From Candidatus Latescibacterota bacterium (GTDB lineage Bacteria; Latescibacterota; UBA2968; UBA8231): 64,000 bases of DNA. The stretch's first letter is position 1, and each line of letters starts with the position of its first letter. Of the stretch, positions 20,205 to 29,357 are shown in pieces. The translations under genes were made by a program, and so were the position numbers. The stretch lies in the NCBI GenBank assembly GCA_964291625.2, contig OZ220089.1:2048001-2112000 (forward strand), in the 5' to 3' direction. The notes under the pieces are model-generated. The model ran no database searches and had not been told where the DNA came from. It saw nothing but the letters and a program-made list of their open reading frames with translations.

Positions 20205-22483
20205 AGCCCATGAAGCCGACCACCACAGAGCTGATCACCGACGGGCCGTCGCCCTTCCGCGAGCCCGCACCGGCGGCGGTGGAGGAGCGGGTTCGCCGCC
20301 GGACGGAGGCGGACGAGCCGGTCTGGGTCCGGGTGGCGACGGACATGTCCGAGGCCGGCGTCTACGCCGAGGGCTGGCTGGTGATCACCGACCGCAGGGT
20401 GCTGTTGCTCCCGGCCTCCGGCGGCGGCGACGAGCTTGCGGCGGTCGAGGAAGTGCCTCTCGCCGAGGTGCGCGCCGCCCGGGTGGAGGCCCTCGTCGGC
20501 GGTGGCCGCATGGAGGTGGTGCGCCGCCGGGGGGCGCCCGCGCACCTGTATTACTCCAACAGCCTGGCGGCCAAGTTCGCCGAGGTCGCGGAGAGTCTGA
20601 ACCAGCTGGCCGCGGGGGAGACGCCGAACCTGGCTACCGAGGTCGAGCGCAGCCGCTGCGAGCGCTGCGGCCGCGTGCTGCCCGAGAAGGACGGCGTCTG
20701 CCCGGCCTGCGTGAGCAAGCTGAGCACCCTGGGGCGCCTGCTGCGCTACATGGCGCCGTACAAGGGCCGCGCGGCCCTGCTGCTGGCGCTGCTGATCGTC
20801 GAGACCGCCGTCGATGTGCTGCCGCCCCTGGTCACCAAGGTCGTCATCGACGATGTGCTCGTCAGCGAGGAGCTGGAGCCGCGGGAGAAGCGCGGCCTGC
20901 TGGTGGAGTACGTCCTCGGCCTGCTGGCCATCAACGTCTTCGCCTGGTGCGCCTGGGTCGGCCGCCGCTGGGTGGGCAACTGGATCGGCTTCCGCGCCAT
21001 CGAGGCGATGCGGGCCGAGCTCTACCGGGCGCTGCAGTTCCTGCCGCTGCGGTTCTACGACAAGCGCAAGGTGGGGGGACTGATCTCGCGCATGTCGAAC
21101 GACTCCGACCTGGTGGAGGAGTACCTGATCTTCGACATCCCCTTCGTCGTCAGCAACGGGCTGCTGATCCTGACGATCCTCGCCATCCTGCTGTCAACCA
21201 GCTGGCAGCTGACCCTCTGGGTATTGCTGCCGATCCCGGCGATCCTCGCCGTCTCGACGTTGATCTGGAACCGCATGGAGCTGCACTGGATGCGATTCTC
21301 CACCCGCTGGTCGCGCCTGTCGTCGCATCTCAACGAGTCGATCCGCGGCATCCGCGTGGTCAAGGCCTTCGCCCAGGAGCAGCGCGAGGGCGAGCGATTC
21401 GAGCGCCGCAACACCGACCTGCGCGACGTGAGCGTCAGCGCCGAGCGCCACTGGATCGTGTTCTGGATGACCACCAACTTGTTCATGAGCGCCGGCGTGT
21501 TCTTCGTCTGGTACTTCGGAGGCCGCCAGGTGGTGCTGGGCGGACTCCAACCGGGTGAGCTTTGGGCCTTCATCATGTACATCATGATGCTCTATCAGCC
21601 GCTGAAGTGGTTCGGGGACTTCTACGGGTTCATGATGCGGGCCTATGCCGGTGCCGAGCGCATCTTCGAGGTCATCGACGCCAGGCCCGAGCCCTTCGAC
21701 GATCCGCGGGCGCTTCCCAGGCCAGGCCTCGAAGGCCGCGTCCGCTTCCGCGGCGCCTTCTTCGGCTACGATCCGGGAAAGCCGGTGCTGCGCGAGGCGG
21801 ATCTCGAGGTGGAGCCCGGCGAGATGATCGGCCTCGTTGGCAAGTCCGGGGCCGGCAAGTCGACCTTGATCCACCTCCTGTGCCGGTTCTACGACGTCAC
21901 CCGCGGCCGGCTGGAGATCGACGGCGTCGACATCCGCCGCCTGCGGCTCGAGGACCTGCGCTCCCAGATCGGACTGGTGGCCCAGCAGTCGTTCCTGTTC
22001 AACGGCACGGTGGCCGAGAACATCGCCTACGGAAAGCCCGGAGCCTCCTTCGACGAGGTCCTGCGCGCGGCCAGGGCGGCCAACGCTCACGAGTTCATCA
22101 TCAAGCTGCCCGACGGTTACGACATGGTGGTGGGCGAGCAGGGCGGCAGGCTCTCCGGGGGCGAGCGGCAGCGCATCGCCATCGCCCGGGCGATCCTGCA
22201 CGATCCGAAGATCCTGATCCTCGACGAGGCGACCTCCTCCCTGGACACGCCCACGGAGAAGAAGATCCAGGAGGCGATCGCGAGGCTGGTGGAAGGGCGC
22301 ACGACCTTCGCCATCGCCCACCGGCTGTCGACGCTGAGGTCCGCCGACCGGCTGGTCGTCCTCGACGGCGGCCGCATCGTCGAGACCGGGACCCACGAGG
22401 AGCTGATGCGCCGCGAGGGCTTCTTCTACAAGCTCGTCAAGACCCAGCAGGAGACCACGGCCGTCATGGCCGTGAGCGGATGA
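20201..22483 (+). CDS. ABC transporter (fused TMD+NBD), paralog of the upstream gene
   Basis: GKSGAGKS, LSGGERQRIAIAR, ILDEATS; CERC..CPAC; ATGA overlap. Confidence 0.92.
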   Translation: MKPMKPTTTELITDGPSPFREPAPAAVEERVRRRTEADEPVWVRVATDMSEAGVYAEGWLVITDRRVLLLPASGGGDELAAVEEVPLAEVRAARVEALVGGGRMEVVRRRGAPAHLYYSNSLAAKFAEVAESLNQLAAGETPNLATEVERSRCERCGRVLPEKDGVCPACVSKLSTLGRLLRYMAPYKGRAALLLALLIVETAVDVLPPLVTKVVIDDVLVSEELEPREKRGLLVEYVLGLLAINVFAWCAWVGRRWVGNWIGFRAIEAMRAELYRALQFLPLRFYDKRKVGGLISRMSNDSDLVEEYLIFDIPFVVSNGLLILTILAILLSTSWQLTLWVLLPIPAILAVSTLIWNRMELHWMRFSTRWSRLSSHLNESIRGIRVVKAFAQEQREGERFERRNTDLRDVSVSAERHWIVFWMTTNLFMSAGVFFVWYFGGRQVVLGGLQPGELWAFIMYIMMLYQPLKWFGDFYGFMMRAYAGAERIFEVIDARPEPFDDPRALPRPGLEGRVRFRGAFFGYDPGKPVLREADLEVEPGEMIGLVGKSGAGKSTLIHLLCRFYDVTRGRLEIDGVDIRRLRLEDLRSQIGLVAQQSFLFNGTVAENIAYGKPGASFDEVLRAARAANAHEFIIKLPDGYDMVVGEQGGRLSGGERQRIAIARAILHDPKILILDEATSSLDTPTEKKIQEAIARLVEGRTTFAIAHRLSTLRSADRLVVLDGGRIVETGTHEELMRREGFFYKLVKTQQETTAVMAVSG

Positions 22484-23004
22484 AGGCCGGGCACCAGCCG
22501 GCGCCGATCACGGTGACCCACCCGGAGGAGGTCGACATCTCCCGGGTGCGGCTCTTCCGCGAGCCCCCGTGGATGCTGCGGCTCACCATCGACGGCGACC
22601 GGTCCTACACCCGCGTCAAGGTCGTGCGGGCGGCGCCCCTGTCCCATCCGGCCCGCTACATCTCCCTTCTCGACGAGAAGGACGAGGAGGTCTGCATGAT
22701 CCCCGACGTCAAGGAGCTCGACGGGGAGATGCGCGCCATCGTCGAGGCGGAGCTCGACCGGCGCTACCTGACTTCCGCCGTGCGGCGGGTGCTGTCCATG
22801 CGCAACGAGTTCGGCACCTCCTACTGGGACGTGGAAACGAACCGCGGCCGGCGCGAGTTCGTCGTCCAGAACGCCGCCGAGAGCGCCCAGTGGCTGGGAG
22901 ATCACCGCTTGCTGCTGGTCGACGTGGACGGCAATCGTTTCGAGATTCCCGACCTCCGCGAGCTCGACAAGAAGAGCCTGAGCCTGGTCGAGCTGGTGCT
23001 GTGA
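22480..23004 (+). CDS. DUF1854 family protein
   Basis: VRAAPLSHPARYISL, YWDVETNRG, DVDGNRFEIPD. Confidence 0.8.
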   Translation: MKAGHQPAPITVTHPEEVDISRVRLFREPPWMLRLTIDGDRSYTRVKVVRAAPLSHPARYISLLDEKDEEVCMIPDVKELDGEMRAIVEAELDRRYLTSAVRRVLSMRNEFGTSYWDVETNRGRREFVVQNAAESAQWLGDHRLLLVDVDGNRFEIPDLRELDKKSLSLVELVL

Positions 23005-23027
23005 ATCCCAACGGCGAGAGAGACGCC

Positions 23028-23696
23028 ATGACCCCCACCGACCCCGCCATCGTCGAAGCCCTGAGCCGGTTCGACTCCCCCACCCTCTTCAACGCCCTGG
23101 CCGAGATCACCGGCCTGCCGAACGAGGAGTACACCGACCACACCATCCGCTGCCTGCTGCCGGACCTGGGTCCGGCGGTGGGCTACGCCGTCACCGCCGA
23201 GGTGACGACGAACGACCCGGACTCGCCCAGCATCCCCTGGACCGACTACTACGAGTGGCTGGAGGGCTTCGAGGGACCGATGGTCACGGTCCTTCAGGAC
23301 GTGGACTCGCGGCCGGGCCGGGGCGCCTGCATCGGCGACGGCATGGCCGCCCTCCACAAGCGGCTGGGCGTGACCGGCGCCATCGTCAACGGCACCGCCC
23401 GCGACCTGCCCGGGATCCGGCGCTTCGGACTCCCGGTGTGGGCCTGGGGGGCCGTCCCCGGCCACGGCGCCTTCCACCTGGTACGCTGCGGGGCCTCGGT
23501 GACCGCCGGACAGCTGCGGATCCAGGCGGGGGATCTGCTGTTGGCCGATCTCGACGGTTGCGTGCGCATTCCGGTGAAGGACGCGGAGGAGGTCGTCAAG
23601 GTCGCCGGCGAGGTCCGCGAGATGGAGGCCGGCATCCACGCCTTCTACAGCTCCCCCGACTTCACGGTGGCGGAAATGAAGAAGCGGAAGGGCTGA
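23028..23696 (+). CDS. RraA/HMG aldolase family protein
   Basis: DSPTLFNAL, VGYAVT, IGDGMA, NGTARDL, GDLLLADLDG. Confidence 0.82.
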   Translation: MTPTDPAIVEALSRFDSPTLFNALAEITGLPNEEYTDHTIRCLLPDLGPAVGYAVTAEVTTNDPDSPSIPWTDYYEWLEGFEGPMVTVLQDVDSRPGRGACIGDGMAALHKRLGVTGAIVNGTARDLPGIRRFGLPVWAWGAVPGHGAFHLVRCGASVTAGQLRIQAGDLLLADLDGCVRIPVKDAEEVVKVAGEVREMEAGIHAFYSSPDFTVAEMKKRKG

Positions 23697-23706
23697 GGGG
23701 GGACCC

Positions 23707-26502
23707 ATGGGCACCAGGCATCCATTCCTTGCGGCTGTCGCCGCCGCCGTCTTCTCCGTGGGGGCCCTCGCCCAGGAAGAGGCCGAAGAGAGCAGCGTCT
23801 ACCAGATCGAGGCGGTCACGGTGACGGGCTCGCGCATCAAGAGCGAGGAGAGCCTGTCGCCGGCGCCGATCGTGGTCATGTCCACGGAGGAGATCCGGGC
23901 CCGGGGCCTGGCCTCCATCGGGGACGTGCTGCAGACGCTCACCGTGCAGTCCAACGCCATCAACACGCAGGCCAACAACGGCGGCGACGGCTCCACCCGC
24001 ATCAGCCTGCGAGGCCTCGGCTCCCAGCGCACCCTGGTGCTGCTCAACGGCCGGCGCTACGTGGCCGGAGGGACCGGGGCCAACGGCTCCGTCGACCTGA
24101 ACTCCATTCCCGCCTCCGTCATCGAGCGCATCGAAGTCCTCAAGGACGGGGCCTCGGCGGTCTACGGGTCGGACGCCGTGGGGGGCGTGGTGAACATCAT
24201 CACCCGCTCCGGGATGGAGGGGCTCGAGGTCGAGGTCTACGAGGGGATCTCCGGCGCCGGCGACGGGGAGGTCCGCGACGTCTCCGTGAGCTACGGCGTA
24301 CAGAGCGGCAAGGGCCACATCCTGTTCTCGGCCAGCTACCACAACCGCGAGCCGGTGTGGACCGGTGACCGCAGCTTCAGCAAGACCGACAAGGCCTACA
24401 ACTGGGCCACGAACGACGGCACCTTCAACAAGAACGGCAGCTCGGCCACGCCCGAAGGCCACATCATCGACCGCCTCGACGAGGTGGGCAACGAGGCCTG
24501 GCAGGCCCTCGTGGCGGCCACCGACGACGCCGGGGACTACCACCTCGATCCGGACAAGGGATGGCGCCCCTTCAACCGGGCCGGGATCTCCTCCGACGGC
24601 AGCGGCGATCTCTACAACTACCAGCCCGAGAACTACCTCTACACGCCGCAGACCCGCTACAGCTCCTTCCTCGGCGGCTCCCGAAGTGTTGGCCCGGACA
24701 TGACCGCCTTTTTCGAGGTGCTCTACACCAACCGCCAGTCCGATCAGAAGCTGGCCCCCACGCCCCTGTTCATCCACTTCGAGGAGATCTCGCTATCGGC
24801 CGCCAACCGCTACAACGAGTTCGGCCGCGACTTCATCGACGTGCGCCGGCGCTTCGTCGAGGCCAGCAACCGCAACTACCTCCAGGACATCGATACCTAC
24901 CGCATGGTCCTGGGCCTGAACCACAAGCTCATGGGCTACGAGGGCGACCTGTCCTTCTCCTACGGACGCACGGAGGGCACCAACGTCAACGAGGGGCGTT
25001 TCATCCGCGGCAACCTGGAGCGGGCCCTCGGTCCGGACGAGGACTGCACCGGCGACTGCGTGCCGCTGGACATCCTCCACGGGGCCGGCACCATCACCCC
25101 GGAAATGCTCGACTACATCCAGTACACGGGCATCGCCAGGGGGTATTCCCGGCAGCGGATCCTGCAGTACAACCTGACCGGCCACGTGACGAACCTGCCC
25201 GCCGGCACCCTGGCCGCGGCCGTCGGCGCCTCCTGGCGCTGGGAGGCGGGAGCCTACATCCCCGATCCCCTCACGGCGTCGGGGAACACCACGGGCAGCA
25301 AGCAGGCGCCCACGGACGGCTCGTACGAAGTCCGGGACGCGTACCTCGAGACCCGGGTGCCGGTGTACGGGGCGGACGCGGTGAGCCTCGATCTCACGGC
25401 CGCCGCACGCGCCTTCAGCTACGACACCTTCGGCTCGGGCTTCACCTACGAGGGCGGCTCCCATGTCCAGCTCCCGAAGGGGCTGGCCCTGCGGGCCACC
25501 ATGTCCAACGCCTTCCGCGCCCCCAGCATCGGCGAGATGTTCCTCGGCTCCACCGATTCCTTCCCCTTGGTGAGCGATCCCTGCAGCACGGTGGATGAAG
25601 CCGGAAACGCCCGGGAGCTGACGGAGCAGCAGAAACTCAACTGCGCCGCCCGGGGCGTACCCGCCGACTTCGAGGACTCGCGGGCGCAACTGGCGGCCAA
25701 GTTGGGGGGATCGGCGGACCTCGATCCGGAGAAGGCCGACATGTTCACGGCGGGCGTCGTCTATCAGCCCGGGTTCGTGGACGGGCTCGATCTGACCGCG
25801 GACTACTACACCGCCACCATCAGGGACGAGATCGCCGCCCTGGGGGCCGGCCTCATCCTGAGCAACTGCTACTCCCAGGAATCGCCCTCCCACTGCGACC
25901 GGGTGATACGCGACGACAATCACCTGATCCGGCGGATCCTGAACCCCGCCGACAACATCGGCGAGACCGAGACCCGCGGCGTGGACCTGGGCCTCCATCA
26001 CGTGGCCGACCTGCCCTTCGGCATTCTCTCGACGCAGCTGGCGAGCACCCTGCTGCTCGACTACGACGTGACCCTGCCCACGGCGAAGCCCGATAGCACC
26101 GTAGTGGTCAAGGGCAAGGGTTACTACGACCTCGGGGTGTTCCCGGACTGGCGGCACAACGCCTCGGCGACCCTGGCCAAGGCGCGGTACTCCGTGGGGC
26201 TCAGCTGGCGCTACGTGGGCGGTTTCCGGGAGTGCGAGGACGACGACTGCAAGGGCTTCTACCGCGAGGACGTCGAGAGAGAACCCCCGAGCCGCGAGGT
26301 CGACGCCAACAGCACCTTCAATCTGCACGCCTCCTGCAAGCTTAACACCGACCTCGGCGAATCGGTGCTGACCGTCGGCATCAACAACCTGCTCGACCAG
26401 CCGCCGGTGGTGATCTTCAACGGTTTCCTGGGCACCTCCGACTCCAACACCTACGACTTCCTGGGCCGCTACATGTACGTGCGCCTGTCCTTCTCCCGGT
26501 AG
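23707..26502 (+). CDS. TonB-dependent outer-membrane receptor
   Basis: Signal peptide, VTVTGSRI, LRGLGSQRTLVLLNGRR, IERIEVLKDGASAVYGSDAVGGVVNIIT, GRYMYVRLSF. Confidence 0.95.
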   Translation: MGTRHPFLAAVAAAVFSVGALAQEEAEESSVYQIEAVTVTGSRIKSEESLSPAPIVVMSTEEIRARGLASIGDVLQTLTVQSNAINTQANNGGDGSTRISLRGLGSQRTLVLLNGRRYVAGGTGANGSVDLNSIPASVIERIEVLKDGASAVYGSDAVGGVVNIITRSGMEGLEVEVYEGISGAGDGEVRDVSVSYGVQSGKGHILFSASYHNREPVWTGDRSFSKTDKAYNWATNDGTFNKNGSSATPEGHIIDRLDEVGNEAWQALVAATDDAGDYHLDPDKGWRPFNRAGISSDGSGDLYNYQPENYLYTPQTRYSSFLGGSRSVGPDMTAFFEVLYTNRQSDQKLAPTPLFIHFEEISLSAANRYNEFGRDFIDVRRRFVEASNRNYLQDIDTYRMVLGLNHKLMGYEGDLSFSYGRTEGTNVNEGRFIRGNLERALGPDEDCTGDCVPLDILHGAGTITPEMLDYIQYTGIARGYSRQRILQYNLTGHVTNLPAGTLAAAVGASWRWEAGAYIPDPLTASGNTTGSKQAPTDGSYEVRDAYLETRVPVYGADAVSLDLTAAARAFSYDTFGSGFTYEGGSHVQLPKGLALRATMSNAFRAPSIGEMFLGSTDSFPLVSDPCSTVDEAGNARELTEQQKLNCAARGVPADFEDSRAQLAAKLGGSADLDPEKADMFTAGVVYQPGFVDGLDLTADYYTATIRDEIAALGAGLILSNCYSQESPSHCDRVIRDDNHLIRRILNPADNIGETETRGVDLGLHHVADLPFGILSTQLASTLLLDYDVTLPTAKPDSTVVVKGKGYYDLGVFPDWRHNASATLAKARYSVGLSWRYVGGFRECEDDDCKGFYREDVEREPPSREVDANSTFNLHASCKLNTDLGESVLTVGINNLLDQPPVVIFNGFLGTSDSNTYDFLGRYMYVRLSFSR

Positions 26503-26549
26503 GGATCCCGGCCGGCCGTGGCAGCGCCCGGACTCCGGCGCCGACTCCC

Positions 26550-27278
26550 TTGAATCGATATCACCGCGCCAACAGAGACCGCTGGAACCTCGCCTCCACC
26601 GAGTACGCGGCCATGCACGACCCGCGCCGCGCGTGGAGGCAGCCGGAGAAGGTCTTTCTCCAGCAGGAGCTCGACCTGATCGGGCCGATCGAAGGCCGGC
26701 AGGTCTGCGTTCTGGGCAGCGGTGACAACCTCGCCGTCTTCGCCTTCGCCGGAATGGGCGCGAGGGTCACCTCGGTGGATATCTCCTCGGGCCAGCTGGC
26801 GGTCGCCCGGCACCGCGCCCACGAGCTGGGCCTCGAGATCGAGTTCGTGGAAGCGGATGTCACCGACCTCGCGCGCCTGGAGAGCGGGCGCTTCGACCTC
26901 GCGTACACGGCGGATCACGTCGGCGTCTGGGTCTCGGACCTGAGGGCCTTCTACCGCGAGGCGATCCGGATCCTGCGCCCCGGGGGCCTCTTCCTCGTCA
27001 CCGAGTACCATCCCTTCCGGCGGATCTGGAAGGACCGGGAGGACCGCCTGGAGCTCGCGTGCAGCTACCACGACAGCGGTCCCCACGAGTACGAGAGCGC
27101 CGACGGGGTCCGTCAGTACGAGTTCCACTGGACCGTCGCCCAGTACCTGAACGCCGTCATCGAGCAGGGAGCCGACCTGGTCCGGTTCGACGAGATCGGG
27201 GAGGATGCCGAGTCCTGGGAGCACGCCCCCCTCGAGGGCCTGCCCCGGAAGCTCCTCATCGCGGGACGGAAGCGTTGA
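26550..27278 (+). CDS. Class I SAM-dependent methyltransferase
   Basis: VCVLGSGD, VDISSGQL, FDLAY, LRPGG, EYHP. Confidence 0.85.
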   Translation: MNRYHRANRDRWNLASTEYAAMHDPRRAWRQPEKVFLQQELDLIGPIEGRQVCVLGSGDNLAVFAFAGMGARVTSVDISSGQLAVARHRAHELGLEIEFVEADVTDLARLESGRFDLAYTADHVGVWVSDLRAFYREAIRILRPGGLFLVTEYHPFRRIWKDREDRLELACSYHDSGPHEYESADGVRQYEFHWTVAQYLNAVIEQGADLVRFDEIGEDAESWEHAPLEGLPRKLLIAGRKR

Positions 27279-27832
27279 ACTCTCACCTCCAAGCCGAGAT
27301 CCTGGCGAGCTATGCCGCGATCGCATCCTTCGACAGGAGACGGCGCGAGTACCGGCGGGTGGGCTGGATCTATGCATGCAGCAACAGTTCCTTCGTGGAT
27401 TCCGTCTACAAGGTCGGCCAATCAGCGCGACCCCCGAGTCTGCGTGTATCCGAGTTGGGTTCCTCGACTTCGGTCTATCGGGACTTCCAGCTCGTCTACT
27501 TCGTCCATGTGTCGAATCGCGATCGCGCGGAAGGCCAAGCTCACACAGCTTTGGACGAGCATCGCGTCAATCGGGGCAAGGAATTCTTTCAGGCGCCTCT
27601 GCCCGTGATCGTGAAGGCCATGGACGTGGCCGCAAATGCGTTTCCCGTGCAGCGCGGGAAGACCCCGCGCGCAGGAGTCCTAGAGCAGCCCCTGCAGCCG
27701 CGTCAGGTACGCTGTCCCAGGTGCGAATCCCGGAATCGCGTGCCGACTGTCCTCACGAAGATCCGGGTGAAGTGCGGCTCCTGCGCGGAGCAGTTGGAGA
27801 TCCCATCCGACCTTCCGGGATGGGAATCGTGA
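27275..27832 (+). CDS. GIY-YIG/T5orf172-domain protein with C-terminal Zn ribbon
   Basis: GWIYAC..YKVGQS..R..EL, AEGQAH, RVNRGKEFF; CPRC..CGSC. Confidence 0.8.
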   Translation: MNSHLQAEILASYAAIASFDRRRREYRRVGWIYACSNSSFVDSVYKVGQSARPPSLRVSELGSSTSVYRDFQLVYFVHVSNRDRAEGQAHTALDEHRVNRGKEFFQAPLPVIVKAMDVAANAFPVQRGKTPRAGVLEQPLQPRQVRCPRCESRNRVPTVLTKIRVKCGSCAEQLEIPSDLPGWES

Positions 27833-27846
27833 CGTTGCGCAGAGCT

Positions 27847-28590
27847 ATGGCGGCGCCTTCCCGGGGGGATCCAGTGTCACGCCAGGACTGGTTCGATACC
27901 CTCCACGACGACCTGTGGCTGCGCCCGGACGAGGGCGGGGAGGCGGAGGCGGAGGCCCTCCGCCGCATGCTGCGGATCCGCAAGGGGCAGCGCCTCCTGG
28001 ATGCTCCCTGCGGCGCCGGACGCGTCGCCCTTCCCCTGGCGCGGCACGGGGTGCAGGTCGTCGGCCTCGACCTGCGGCGGGCCTTCGTGGACCGCGCCCG
28101 GCGGCGCGCCAGGAAGGAGGGCGTGCAGGCCGATCTCCGGTGCATGGACCTGCGCTCCATCGACTTCGAGAACGAGTTCCACGCCGTGTGCAACTGGTTC
28201 AACAGCTTCGGATACTTCTCCGATGCCGAGAACGCCGACGTGGCGAGGCGGTTCGCCCGCGCCCTGCGCCCGGGGGGACGGCTCCTGGTCGACCAGCTGA
28301 ACCGCGAGAGGATCCTGCGCAACTTCCGGCCTGCGGACCTCAAGCACGGCGTGCGCATGCTGTCCCGGTGGGACGCGCGGGCAGAGCGCATCACAGTGCA
28401 GCGCGTGATCGCCGGGATCCCGAACGACGAGAGCCGATCCTCCCAGCGCCTCTACACGCCGGCGCAGATGCGCCGCCTCCTCGCCGTTGCCGGGCTGGAG
28501 GTGGAATCTGTCTTCGGCTCGCTGAACGGCGAGCCCTGCCACCGAGGCAGCGACCGCATGATCGTCGTCGCCAGAAAGGCCCCGTCATGA
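27847..28590 (+). CDS. Class I SAM-dependent methyltransferase
   Basis: LLDAPCGAGR, GLDL, FNSFGYF, LRPGG; start uncertain. Confidence 0.88.
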   Translation: MAAPSRGDPVSRQDWFDTLHDDLWLRPDEGGEAEAEALRRMLRIRKGQRLLDAPCGAGRVALPLARHGVQVVGLDLRRAFVDRARRRARKEGVQADLRCMDLRSIDFENEFHAVCNWFNSFGYFSDAENADVARRFARALRPGGRLLVDQLNRERILRNFRPADLKHGVRMLSRWDARAERITVQRVIAGIPNDESRSSQRLYTPAQMRRLLAVAGLEVESVFGSLNGEPCHRGSDRMIVVARKAPS

Positions 28591-29357
28591 CTGACACCCG
28601 CGACACCGGCGCCGCCGCGGAGACCCACCTGCGGCAGTACCGCGAGGACGGCTACTGCCTGATCGAGGGCCTGATCCCCGCCGATCTGGTCGAGGCCGCG
28701 CGCCAACGGACCATGGAGCTGGCCCGGGGCCTGGCCGACTGGCCGTCACGGCACTTCCAGGTGCTCGACCCGGGACGCTACAAGTCGGCCGGGGGAGATC
28801 CGCTCCCGGGCGGCATCCAGCAGCCGGCCGGGCAGGAGGCCGTCTTCGCCCGCATCGCCGACCACCCGCGCCTGGCAGCGGCCATGGCGGCCCTGCTGGA
28901 CGGGCCGGTGGAGCGCTACACCGATCAGATCGGCGTCAAGCACGCCGCCGTCGCCGAGGAGCAGGGGGGCCGCAGCTACTTCCACCAGGACTCGTTCTAC
29001 TGGAAGATCGCCCCCGAGCTGGGCTGCAACTGCTGGATCCCCCTGACGGAGGTCGCCGCGGAGGCCAGCGCCCTGGCGGTGATGCCCGCCAGCCACCGGG
29101 GCTGGCGCCTCGTCGACCACGAGTCCTACTACGACGATCCACCGATGGGCCGCATGGACGACGACGGGTTCAAGCCCTTCAAGCGCCACCGGGTGCCTCC
29201 GGAGCAGGTCGATTCCTGCCGGGAGAAGCTGGTCGCCACGCGGCCGGGCGACGGCCTGTTCTTCACCAACTACACCTGGCACCGCAGCGAGCCCAACCGC
29301 AGCGGCCGGACCCGGGCCTTCTACGCCATTGCCTACCAGCGCCGCACCCGGGGTTGA
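28587..29357 (+). CDS. PhyH family dioxygenase
   Basis: YREDGY, FHQDSFYW, CWIPL, MPASH, WHRSEPN. Confidence 0.9.
   Translation: MTDTRDTGAAAETHLRQYREDGYCLIEGLIPADLVEAARQRTMELARGLADWPSRHFQVLDPGRYKSAGGDPLPGGIQQPAGQEAVFARIADHPRLAAAMAALLDGPVERYTDQIGVKHAAVAEEQGGRSYFHQDSFYWKIAPELGCNCWIPLTEVAAEASALAVMPASHRGWRLVDHESYYDDPPMGRMDDDGFKPFKRHRVPPEQVDSCREKLVATRPGDGLFFTNYTWHRSEPNRSGRTRAFYAIAYQRRTRG

Noticed and set aside
26550-28590. Restriction-modification system (MTase-nuclease-MTase)
   Set aside because: Both methyltransferases look like small-molecule class I enzymes without DNA-MTase catalytic motifs.
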